A DNA stretch of 64,000 nucleotides, taken from the NCBI GenBank assembly GCA_021432655.1, contig MU271213.1:1-64000 (forward strand). The letters are read 5' to 3'. Each line of letters opens with the position of its first letter. Position 1 is the stretch's first letter. Shown here one piece after another: positions 37,365 to 48,536 of the stretch. The stretch is from Atractiella rhizophila (taxonomy: Eukaryota). Position numbers and translations under genes: made by a program. The notes below the pieces were generated by a model. It saw only the letters and a program-made list of their open reading frames with translations, was not told the origin of the DNA and did not search any database.

Positions 37365-38460
37365 CTAAAAGAGATCTTCTTCCTCGACGCTTCGAGATTG
37401 CGTCTCCAGACCGTCTATGCCAATCCCGTTGGCAACACCCAGTTGCTCCCAAGTCGCATCCATAATTTGTCTGCATTCGAAGTTCTGGTTCCTCGTCTTT
37501 TCTGTAATTTCCGTAGGAGCGATCGTGAGCGGGATAGACATGGAAGATGACAGTTGTTGTTGTGACATTGTGTCGGTTATGACTGATTCAGCGGGAGCGG
37601 CGTGAGGATGAGACGCTGAAGGAATGCTAAAGTGACCAACGGATGAGGAAAGCGTGGTGGGGCAAGGTTGGAAGTCGCTGTTTAAGGAAAACGTAGTAGG
37701 CACGGTGGAGACAGTGGACGGAGTGGAGAAGAAGGACAAGCTGGAGGATGAAGGAAGGCTGAAAGCGGGAGAGTCGGGAGCGGTCATAGAGTAGGAGGCG
37801 ATGGCCTTCTTCTTCCTCGGTCTTGTTTCTTCTTGAATGGAGGCACGCCGGTTCCTCTTCCTCGCCTGAATGAGGGTATTCCCATGACTTTCGCCCCGAA
37901 AAAGTGCTTTTCCTTTCTGATCCTCACTCGCCAAGAACTGTCCCAAATCGCCTCCCCCAACATTCAATCCTTTCAAATCCTCGTCGTCATCGAGTCTGAA
38001 TCCCCTCGATCCTCCAGATAAACATGCCGCATTGTATTTCTCCGCTTGTTCCAACGCCTTTTGTGCCCAAGCTGCCTTTGCTGATGCTGACATCTTCTCC
38101 CATATCTTGCCTACCACCTGACTTACGCGAGCTTGATCAACTTGGCCGTTGGAAGTCAGCAGCTTCGCCTTATTCTTCTCTACGAATCCACCGTCCATGA
38201 GATGCTTCTTGAACAAGAAGAACGAGTTCAGTGGTTTCCCGCTCTTCTCATCTTGCTTCTTCTTCTTCTTCTGTTTCCTCGTAAGCGGCGGCCTGGGAAG
38301 AGGGATTGGCTTTTCTTCCTGCTCAAAAAACGACGTTGGCCCAGCGTCTGGAGTTTCGTGCGGCGTGGAGATGTCGTAATAGGAAGCCGAGGTTGGGGCA
38401 TCGTAATATGGGGTAGAGGCGGAGGATTTGAAACTTGGAGGCAAAGAGAAGGGATTTGCT
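37365..38460 (-). CDS. MATA-type HMG-box protein ORF lacking its ATG-bearing N-terminus (possible pseudogene)
   Basis: KPLNSFFLFKK...VSQVVGKIWEKMSASAKAAWAQKALEQAEKY HMG box, basic NLS-like tracts, Ser/Pro tail; ORF opens on TTG with no in-frame ATG before the box. Confidence 0.7.
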
Positions 38461-38591
38461 CTGGTTTCCCCAATCGAGTGTAAGCAGTGAAATGACAAGC
38501 AAATCGATTTGGTATTTCAAGTGAATAAAGTAATGAACATACCTGGTTTCCCCAATCGAGTGTAAGCAGTGAAATGACAAGCAAATCGATT
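38461..38591. repeat. Exact 49-bp direct repeat x2 (period 82)
   Basis: CTGGTTTCCCCAATCGAGTGTAAGCAGTGAAATGACAAGCAAATCGATT at 38461-38509 and 38543-38591. Confidence 0.95.
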
Positions 38592-40358
38592 GGGGAAAAG
38601 ATTTGAAGAAAACAGGATAAGTCTTTTATAGTCCCGGCAAAGTGGCGAAGTGCCCACATAAAACAAACACCACAAAACTCCGCAATCACGTACAAATATG
38701 GAAGACGCGTTACAACAATAAGACAAAGAGGAAGAAACATATAAGAACGTCTAATAAGAACCACCAATTCTAACAGAGGCCTCGCCCATTGCAGCGTGCA
38801 CCGAGTTGGGAGTTTGCAGACCGAAGTAGGAATGAGAGTTGGAGAAAGAAGATGGTGCATGATGTAATCATGGTGATAGTATAATTCACTGGGAGCGAGC
38901 TGAACGAGTTTGGAGATCAAGAGTAGTGAGGCTGCCCTCAAATTTGTAGGTCAAATATTCGGCACCTCGGGACTACACAACCTCTGGAAAGGCAAGTGGG
39001 CTTGTAGGCGAACTTAAGAACTTTAGTTATTACATGCGAGCGGAGCCAAGGCATTGGGACATCCATGGCTCAAACAATGTCCGCAAGACTTGGACAGCAC
39101 AGGAAGACGAGAGAGCAAGAGAACATAAAACAACGGACTAAGAGTGATTGCATATGACGTCGTACGATAAGGTCCCACCGGTGAGGCCATTGAAACACTG
39201 AGCCGCAAGGAACGAGGAAGGAGCCTGGCAAATGTTGTCGATTCCGTAGCTGTGCAAACAATTCGGGTATGGTTTGGTTGGGGAGGGATCAACGAACTGA
39301 ATGTTGGGCCAGTTCTTTTGATCTTGGAGACAATTTTAGGGTCGTTGTAGTCGTAGCAAGCGTCCTAACCCTTCAAATGTTGATGGAAGCGGTGGCGGCA
39401 ATCTTGAGTCTAGGAGCTTAGAGAACGAAGTAAGACAGTTAATCGCTACGTTCTGTAAAGAGCCACCTTGGCGTATAGAATGCAGTAGATACCACAAGGT
39501 AGGATTGAGCGAGACAGCCTTGGCCCTACTGTCGATGGATCAGCACCCCGTTCGGTGATTTGAAAGAGAAAAAGGGGGAAACTGCCTAAATGTCGCTAGC
39601 AACATAATGCATGGGACATGGACGAGAAAGCCTAGGGTAGACCTACTGGACGATGATCCCGTCAGGATCAGTAATCTGGGGGACATCGACTGAAAGCACA
39701 ACTTTTCATCCTTGGCTCGTTCAAGCACATTGATTTTGTGACGAGCCGAGAAGTGAAGCAAACACTCGGCGGTTCCGAATTGACAAACCTTAGTAACACC
39801 AGCTGTCGAGCAGACAAAGACTCCACCATAAAGGAGAGATCACGAAAGCAACACCGGACTGGAGCGAATGAGTGGACGACATTACGCTGGTAAGAACCGT
39901 GTCGAATCGGACAATGCTCCTCCCCTCTCACGTTATGCCACCGAGGTGTCAACCTCTTCCATCGCTCTCGGTGGAGTGTGGGGCAGACTTGCCTCTGAGA
40001 TCATGAATTCACAACTTTTGTCAGGAGGCGGTGGCGGTGAAGCTGGAGGTTTTCAAGGAGGTCGTCTTCGGGTAGCCAGTTTTTCACCTTCATTGTGCAC
40101 CCCTCAGCTTGTTGTTCCCGTTGCGCCAAGAATAGTGGGAAAGTGCCTTTGGTTTGAGAATGTGGTCCCAAAAATCCCTTCATATCGTCCGAAGAACGTC
40201 ATAGATACGAGTGCTGGCGATCGATTATGGGGTAAGCCTATCATGGCAACGGCGATATGCATAGCTGAGCTCAGAGTTTAGGGAACACAAGAAGCGATGC
40301 TCTGAATAAGCTTCTGTGTGTCAATCCCAATCGCGGCAATTCCCTGAGGTCATCCCTT

Positions 40359-42436
40359 ATGGCGGCGACCATTCGAAAAGAAAAACATCAATCCATCCGC
40401 AACCCCAATGCTCAGCAGACAACGTCCGTAGGCAACGGCAATGAGTCCTCCCTTCCCTCGACCTCTTCGATACACCCCTCCAAACTGGACAAGCGATTTG
40501 TCTATGCCTCCTTGTGTGTCGGGAGCGTCTCTTCAGTACTGTCACGAATGCATGTTATTTCTCGAATTCATGATTCTGACGTCAAACAAACTCAACAAGC
40601 TTCCATGGATCTTGGTCGGTTAGTGGAGGTTTCGAGCGGAAGGTGGAGTAGCATTCCTCCCACCAGTCGGCCCATCATTTTGCCAACAGCCTCATGCTCC
40701 ATCCACACTGATCGCGAGCTGCAGAAGTGCCTTGAAGACATCAAGAAAATCAATACGAAAGGCCTCCGGATTCTTTCCATTGACAACGGAGGAGTTTGCG
40801 CCTTCTCTTGCCTTTACATGCTCGAGGCCATCATGGAGCAAGTCGCTGACCTCCTCCCCGGAAAACCAGACTCTGGTGCCCTTCGACCATGTCAATTCTT
40901 TGACCTCATATGTGGTACGTCGACTGGAGGATGGATTGCATTGATGCTTGGGAGACTTGGCATGACCGTACGGGAGTGCATGGGCGCGTTCGAGAAGATT
41001 ATAAAAGAAGTCTTCTCAAAGAAGAGGTTGCCTTGTGATGGGTCGTTCGCTTATTCCGAGGAAGCCCTTGAACAGGTTCTTGAGGGTATCATCAGAGATC
41101 ACACCCCTAGCTCACAGTGCTTATCGTTAACCTCTGAGGAGTGGATAAGACTTCCCATGCTTGATCCCAACATTGACGAGCGATCTCGAACTTTGGTCAT
41201 CGCAACATACGAGCAGGATTGTGTAGTTCCTGTCGGGATGCGCACATACCATCTTCCCTCTGGTGTTGCTGCCGCTGCCAAGTGCTCCGTTGTCGAAGCT
41301 GCCAGAGCAACCTCCGCCCAACCAGCGTTCTTCCGTGCCATAACCCTTGACCACACTGGATACGTCCTGATTGGCAACAACAATCCCTCATCATATGCTG
41401 CAGCAGAGGCGAAGAGGATCTGGGGGGTTGGGAGTGAAGTTATTTGTTTCCTCTCCCTTGGTGTTGGCATTCGTCCTGCAGTGAAACTTGGATCGAACTT
41501 AAAAGAAGTGGATGACACCATCAGAAAATTAGTGGAAGATTGTTCCAATGTCCATCATGCTATGGAGGACGAAATGCTCAGAAACGGTATTAGTCACTGC
41601 TATCATCGATTTGACGCGAACAAGCTGTTAAGTGTGGAATGGGATGAGTTTGGAAGGATGAAGGAGGTTGTGGGGCAGACAAATGCTTACTTGGAGCGAG
41701 ATGGAACGAGGCTTAAAGCCAGAGCTGTTGCGGAGTCTGTTGTCCTTCGTAAGCTTTTGTTGACTCTCATTTCAAGGGATTAACATGCAGCTGCTCAGCT
41801 TCTGATAACCGAGTGGCAGTTCCTAAAGGGGTGCCGCTGTCACCACAGTCTAGAAGGAGCTGCTCAGCTTCTGATGACCGAGTGGCGGTTCCTGAAAAGG
41901 CAGCACTTAGCCCTAGAACCATCCTTGAAAAGGCACAACATCTTGGAGGTATTTGCTTGACTGCCTTACTTGGGAGCCTTGCCACACTTGTGCTGAGCAG
42001 GTTGGCGAGAAACAGGCAGGAAACTCCGACAAACGATCAACCTGTGGCGGGTGTGTTCCCAGTTGCAGAGAAGCGATGCTACCCAGTCCGAGGAGGAAAT
42101 CATTTCACCATCTGGTTCTCCAATGCATTCTTCCTCCTCATTGATGAGGAGACATATTCAACTATGATTCAAAGACAGGATCCTAGGCTTTCTACGTTTA
42201 CGGAACATGTGATCTTTGGGCCTCAAGATTATTATGCTGTCTGCAAACCATGTGGGAAAGAAATCCTTCCTGACACAGAACATGCTGATCTTTGGCTTTC
42301 TTATCAAATTTGTCCTTGTCGACTCTTCACTACAGCCAGAAAGCGGCCCGCACCTATCAAGCAACATTTTGCTACCTGTAAAATCAATTATGGAACACCG
42401 CTTTGGTTACTCAGCTCTTGGCTCATGAGAATGTAG
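40359..42436 (+). CDS. Patatin-like phospholipase (PNPLA8/9-like) with probable spliced C-terminal TM + Cys/His extension
   Basis: LRILSIDNGG, FDLICGTSTGGWIALMLGRL, AARATSAQPAFF, NNPS, FLSLGVG; a 50-nt intron 41749-41798 would join it in frame to ORF 41813..42436. Confidence 0.8.
41787..41897 (+). repeat. ~41-bp imperfect direct repeat x2 (period 69)
   Basis: AGCTGCTCAGCTTCTGAT(A/G)ACCGAGTGGC(A/G)GTTCCT occurs twice. Confidence 0.9.
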
Positions 42437-42624
42437 ACCTGTGGCTAGATAATCTACTTGTCCAACAGATCTGACACACTATCCTCGTTACCAGATACCG
42501 TCCAACTTGAAGCAATAGAATTTCTCTACCAGTAGTGTCCAAATGAAGGAGTAAATTCTGTATTTCAAAAAAAATAGCTACATATCTACTAATAGTACTA
42601 GTACTATTCCTACTACTATTCCCT

Positions 42625-43350
42625 TGTGACGGAACTGTTCCGTCAGTCAAATTTGGCTTGGGAACAGAGTTAGGGTCAGGGCCAGGGTGAGTCCTATCAG
42701 CCCAGTCGCAAGGCTCTGACTGACAGGACTAACCTGACGGGAAGGAACGCACCATTGAGTCCTGTCAGCTCTACTAACAGTACTTTAGGGTTCAACCCTG
42801 CCTCTGTCAGGAACAAGATCCTCGCTGAATCCTCGCCTCCTTGCCACCCAACCCTACATCTGTCAGGATCCTGTCAGGTTTGCATCTTACGCAAATCAGC
42901 GCCCGTTCACCGGATTGTGTCTCCTATCGCCCATTTGCGTTCCCTGCACTGCGTCTCCCGTCGCCAGTTCGCCCATTTGCACCTACATCACCACTTAGCC
43001 CAATTGTGCCTATCCTCCTCTTATTAACTCCACGTAATCCCACTGTCACTTCCCCTTTTAGTTCTCTTACATGTTTCATCTGTTCTCCTCTACACTCTGT
43101 GGCAGTGTTATTCCGCTTGTATATATACATCGAGATGTAGTGGTGGTGACCTCAGAGTATTCTCTTAGGTTTACCTCCACTACAGGTTAGTCTTCTCATG
43201 CTATACTATCATCTTAGGTTTACCTCCACTACAGACACATCGCCTGTCGGCGACCGCACATAGTGTCAGCCCTAACAGATCCTGGCTATATCCTTGCCTC
43301 GCAAGCATCCGGAGTATGACCCTACCTCCAATAAAAACAACATCATCACG
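42625..43350. mobile_element. Older LTR-like element hosting the nested solo LTR
   Basis: Begins TGTGACGG and ends CATCACG; rich in CTGTCAG/CTGAC; TATA- and AATAAA-like motifs after the nested insertion; no TSD found. Confidence 0.4.
42872..43277 (+). mobile_element. Solo LTR (406 bp) of the same family as the adjacent Gypsy element, opposite orientation
   Basis: TGTCAGG...CCTAACA with TSD GATCC at 42867-42871 and 43278-43282; reverse-complement similar to 46817-47288. Confidence 0.92.
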
Positions 43351-43954
43351 AAACTGTTGGCTCTTAGTCAATCAAGGTAGAACCCTGCCACAGATAAAGA
43401 ATAATAATCCATTCAAAATGTCATGTACGCATAAACACTAGCAGGCACATGTAATGTACTCTCTAAGACACGTCTTAAATCACTTATCCATTGAAATCCT
43501 TGCTTCCTTAGACTGCTCTGGTTTATATTTAGTATATATCTCCAAGTAGTAAAATAATTAAAATAAAAACATGTTAATAAAGATTTAACAAATGTGAGCT
43601 GTAAAGTGATTGCTTTAAATCAACGTGATTCAAGATGACAAGAAGTAGACAATTAATAATGATGTTAGCGCCTATAAACAAGGTCATTGCTCAAAGATCT
43701 TACATCAAGACAAACGTATATTATGCTATTCTAAAAGACTTTGTTATGGTTATGTCTACTATTAACGTAACATGAGTGTAAGTAATGACGTAAAACCAGT
43801 AATGTTGAGGCGTTGTCGAAGGAACATTTTATCACCAGAAGTGTATACAGCTAGAGGATCTTTGTGATAGTCATATATCAGTTATACATATACATAAAGT
43901 GCACATATATATAAACATTGTCTCCACATCCTCATTAGCTGCTTAGGTGATAGA

Positions 43955-44057
43955 CTATTGACAGGGAACATTTTGAGCGAAATTGCACTGCAGTGACCCC
44001 CTTTGCTCCTGTGTCGATAACCTATCGACTGGGGACATTTTGAGCGTAACTGCACTT
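43955..44057. repeat. ~35-bp imperfect direct repeat x2 at the Gypsy truncation point
   Basis: CTATTGACAGGGAACATTTTGAGCGAAATTGCACT vs CTATCGACTGGGGACATTTTGAGCGTAACTGCACT. Confidence 0.7.
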
Positions 44058-44060
44058 TCT

Positions 44061-47000
44061 TTACCATGCAAGTTTGGTGATCCAGCGCGCCTGTCGCCGA
44101 TTCAACTTTTGTGGCATTCTGAAATATTCAAGATTTTTGTGATCGGTCAAGATCAGAAATGGCTCATCAGTACCTTGAAGAAGGTGTCTCCATTCTTGCA
44201 GTCCACACATAATCGTGAGCATTTCTTTGTCGTAGGTGTCATAGTTCCTCTGGGCAGCGTCGAGCGATTTTGACACGAAACCGAGAGGATGAAACTTTCC
44301 ATCAGGCTTCATTTGCGACAAAACGGCGCCTGTCGCGAAATTTGACGTGTCGACTTCGAGCAAAAACCGTCCTATTTGTTCAGGATGCGCCAAAACGGGT
44401 GCCGACGTCATGAGTTGTTTCAAAGCGGCGAACGAACGTTGTTGATCTACCCCCCAGACCCAGGAAACATCCATTTTGGTCAGTTCGTATAAAGGTCGTG
44501 CGATGTGACTGAATCTGTCACAAAAACGGCGATAGAAATTAGTGAAACCGAGGAACATTTGGACTTCCTTCATGTTTTTTGGTTCCGGCCAATCCATCAC
44601 TCCTGCGACTTTCACTGGATCTGGTTCGATCCCTCTGCTGGAAATGATCAAGCCTAGATACTCCACCTTCTCTTGACACCAAACACATTTCTGCAAATTT
44701 ACGTAAAGCCCATTTTTGCGCAAAATTTGACAAACTTGTCGAACACGTTCCCAATGTTCTTCTTCAGTCTCTGTCGCAATGAGGATGTCGTCAATGTATA
44801 TGAAGATGAACGCAGCGGCGATCATCGCGCGTAAAATAAAGCCTGAAAAGTCGCCGGTGAGTTGCAGAGACCAAAATACATCACCAATGGTTCGAAAAGT
44901 CCGCGATTTGTGCAAAACACCGCTTTGTGCTCGTCTCCTTCTTTGATGCAAACGTTGTTGAAACCTTTTCTCAGATCAATCTTGCTAAAAAATTTCTTAC
45001 CAGAGACCATGGAGAAGAGGTCAGCTTGGATAGGGAGTGGAGTTTTGTCCTTGATTGTGGCTTCATGAACCCCCCTGATTGAGGGATCCGTCGATATTGT
45101 AAACGGGCACTGGGGAAGGGAGTTGAGTGACTGGTAGGTTGTATTCGGAAACGAGTTTTGGAGAAATAAAGGAAGGGGTTGCCCGCTGTCGACGAGCGCC
45201 GATGTGGCGTGTCGGCGATGGGAGTGTGGGTGATGGAAAGCGGTCCTGAGTTTCGTTTTCGAACTGACTAGGGGTGCCGTCGTCGAACGTAAATGGACTT
45301 TGTCGTACATTTTTGCGACATCAGCGCATCTTTGTCTCCAAGATGGAAAACACAATTTTGGAAATGGGGAGTCTTGTTCTGGAGAAGGGAAATCTGCACA
45401 AAGCGGCGCTTTGTTGGAAGTGATTTTAGATGATGAAAATGAATTGCAAGTCGGCGACGGGGACACTTCTTTCACCCATCGCCGTCTCAAAAATCCTCGT
45501 CCAGATCCGATGATTGAGCGACGCTTGTTTTCGGCGACCGGTCGGCGATTTGCACAGATTGTCGTTCTTGTTCTACGAGACCAGAGTCGAAATATTCTCC
45601 TTGTGCACGAAGATATTGCTCCTTGCTCATGGACACCTTGCATTCTTTCTCCCTGTGTCCGATCTTTTGGCATCTTCGACAATGAGGCATTCTGAACTTC
45701 GTTGCGTCCACCTCCATATCGTCGGGGTCTTTGGCTTCATGAGGTTGCGAAGCGGCGATGGGCGACAAAGCGGCGCTCGGTCGGTACAGAGCGGGTCCAT
45801 TGTTGTCCTTCTGTTTTCGATTTTGAGTGCTCTTTCTTTGCTGAAGTTGTATTTTGGGTTCCACTCGTCGCCGATGAGATGCGCCGAAAGAAGCTGGAAT
45901 GCGCAAATTGTTCTGCATCGATTCGTCGCGTTTTTTCCTTCCACTCTTCAAGGGACTTGGGGAAATCACCTTGTGTCACTTTAAGGTGCAGGGCAGGATT
46001 GAGGCCCCGTTTGAAGAAAAATGTGAGCACCTCATCATCAAAGTCTGCCTGATTTGCCAACTCCTCAAACTTGATGATGTAGGACTCTAGGTTGCCCTTC
46101 TGTTGCAGGGAAGACAGTTTCGTTTGCGCAATAAGTTTGTGGTCAGTTTTGCAAAAACGCGATCTGAACTCCGACAAAAATTGCTCCCACGAAATGTGTT
46201 CCTCATTTTCGACAAGTTGGCACAGTATCCCAGCGGCGAATTTTTCAGCGTCTCCTTCTTTCATATACGGTAGAGTAAATAAGATTTTCGACTTTTCTGA
46301 AGGGAACTGTCCTGGGATGGCAGATGTGTAGACGTAAATTTCACGAAGAAAGGTCGGCGCCGAGCTAGGCACTCCTTTGAAGATAGAGGGTGTGACAAGT
46401 CTGATTCCTGCATAAGGCGAAACTTGTGCATTTTGAGGTATAGAGGGAGGAGAGTGAGTTTAGGGTATTGGGTCTGTTCGCGATAAAAAGGGGGAGGTGG
46501 TTCCACTGTCTCTAAGAGGAGGCAGTCTGGAGTCCAGTAATTGTAAAATTCGGTCGTTTGTGTTCTGGACGTCGGACCTCAGTTGCGCAATTTCGTTCGC
46601 ATTCTGGGAGGTTTGCGCGTTTTGTTGGTTGAAACTTGTTATGAGGTCTTGTTCGAGTTTTTTGAACTGTTTTTCTGTTGTGAGGTGTAGGGTTTGGAAC
46701 ATTCTCTCTAAGTGAAGGATGCGTTCTTCGCTCGTCGGCGATTCGCGCGTTCCATATCTCCCCAAACCTCCGACATTTTTTAAGTTTGGTTTTAAAATTG
46801 AGAGAGACTATTCTTCTGTTAGGGCAAACACTATGTGCGGTCGCCGATGGGCGATGCGTCTGTAGTGGAGATAAACCTAAGTGCATGATATGACATGAAG
46901 ACTAACCTGTAGTGGAGATAAACCTAAGAGAATACTCTAAGGTCACCTTTACTACTCTCTGATCTATATATACAAGCGGAATAACACTGCCACAGAGTGT

Positions 47001-47288
47001 AGAGGAGAGCAGATGAAACATGTAAGAGAATTAAAAGGGGAAGTGACAGTGGGATTATGCGGAGTTAATAAGAGGAGGATAGGCACAATTGGGCTAAGTG
47101 GTGATGTAGGTGCAAATGGGCGACGGGAGACGCAGTCCGGCGAACGGGCGCCGATTCGCAGGGAACGCAAATGGGCGACGGGAGACGCAGTCCGGCGAAC
47201 GGGCGCTGATTCGCAGGGAACGCAAATGGGCGATAGGAGACGCAATCCAGCGAACGGGCGCCGATTTGCGTAAGATGCAAACCTGACA
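44061..47288 (-). mobile_element. Truncated Ty3/Gypsy LTR retrotransposon (5' LTR, gag, PR, RT, RNase H; no integrase or 3' LTR)
   Basis: 5' LTR 46817-47288; gag with CRRCQKIGHREKEC knuckle; protease ALVDSG; RT FSKIDLRKGF, MYFGLCNSPATFQ, YIDD; RNase H VDTSNFATGAVLSQ, YDKEM, TDHKNL, RQARW; frameshifts and a PR-RT deletion. Confidence 0.95.
47112..47275. repeat. 55-bp tandem repeat x3 inside the LTR
   Basis: GCAAATGGGCGA(C/T)(G/A)GGAGACGCA... units start at 47112, 47167 and 47222. Confidence 0.9.
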
Positions 47289-48536
47289 GAAGTGTTATGG
47301 TCAGTGATATTCATCCTCATTGGGCTTGCTGACTATGGTGCAGTGTCATGACACCAGAGACAAGGAAGGGAGGGACAATCAAGCTCCTATTCAACTTCAT
47401 GTCTCCACATCTAGGGTACATCACACTGTCTGGATGACAGAGCTAACAGTGCTGCAGGAGGATCACATTGGAAGATGTGCGCCTGGATATTTCTTGTCCA
47501 AATCAACATTTGCCGGCATCTTCGATTTCCACGACACTTTTCAAGTTGAAGGAAATGTAAAAATTTGCCACACCATTCATTGTTGTCAACTGGAGCTTGG
47601 AGACATTTAAGAGAGAAACAGGACAATTTTGAAGTCATTGCTGCCGGAGCCTCATCGTTGAATCCAAGGGGTAAGACAAACATGATTTGGAGAGTATGGA
47701 TTGCCGGAGGTAGGTAATATAGGAATGAAGGAAGAATAGATAGCTGGAGCGAGGTGCTCCATTTTGCTGGGGTGATGAGATTAACAAGCACAATTGAATC
47801 TGGTTCCTGGCATTGCCATAACATAGAAGTGGGCTGGTGAATCGTTTTATGAGAAACGGCGGTAGACTATAAGGTCCATATCTCCATGTTAGATGATCCA
47901 AAGAAAGCCACGACGCATCAGAACATGCCTGATCTGTGCTGACACACGAAACTTGAGCCATCGCACCGTTTCAAGACCATGGACAGATATCAAACTGTGA
48001 CGTTGGAGAAGGAAACGTGGGACGATATCAATCATATACGACGGATTAGGCGGCGCGACCTAGACCGTTTGTTGTGGCGACTACGGCTGTTGAAGGGTTT
48101 GTTCGGGGCGTCCCTTAGGCTTCCACAAGGAGGACTACAGCAGCGTTGCCCCGAAGCGTAATATAACCTTGCTTTGATGGGAAGTGTCAACAGGCGAGGA
48201 TGGTGGCTGCGCACAACGTTCAACTTTCGTAGATATCACTTTAACATGACATTAAAGGGTAGAAGAACGATTAATTAGTGTGAAAGGGGCAGGAGGTAGT
48301 AGTACCTGCCCAACTCAACTAGCTGATCTCCTTCGTCCGCTCAATTTTCACTTGGTCTTCACGGCGAGGAGAAGGTGAACGGAGCACATGCTAGACTGCT
48401 GTGATTGTCAAACGACCATCGCAAGCTGAATATCGCTGTAAGGGGGATGAACTGCAAATCACTAATTCTGTAGTTATGCTTTAATCCGCTCCGCTCTGAC
48501 ACCAACACGACGACGAGGACACGCAGAGAAAACAGG

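Noticed and set aside
37365..38460. Mating-type locus
   Set aside because: An HMG box alone is not diagnostic; basidiomycete MAT loci use homeodomain and pheromone/receptor genes, none of which are seen here
38461..38591. CRISPR-like repeat-spacer-repeat
   Set aside because: Only two 49-bp copies, eukaryotic context, no cas genes
38228..38941. 237-aa ORF as a separate protein
   Set aside because: Runs through the tandem repeat and out of frame into the HMG sequence; composition is not convincing
47112..47275. CRISPR array
   Set aside because: Contiguous tandem units without unique spacers, located inside an LTR
42872..47288. DIRS/tyrosine-recombinase retroelement with inverted terminal repeats
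   Set aside because: RT/RNase H and protease are Ty3/Gypsy-type, no recombinase is visible, and the left repeat has its own TSD (solo LTR)
47400..47961. F-box-like remnant next to the LTR
   Set aside because: Some coding-like stretches but too degraded to assign
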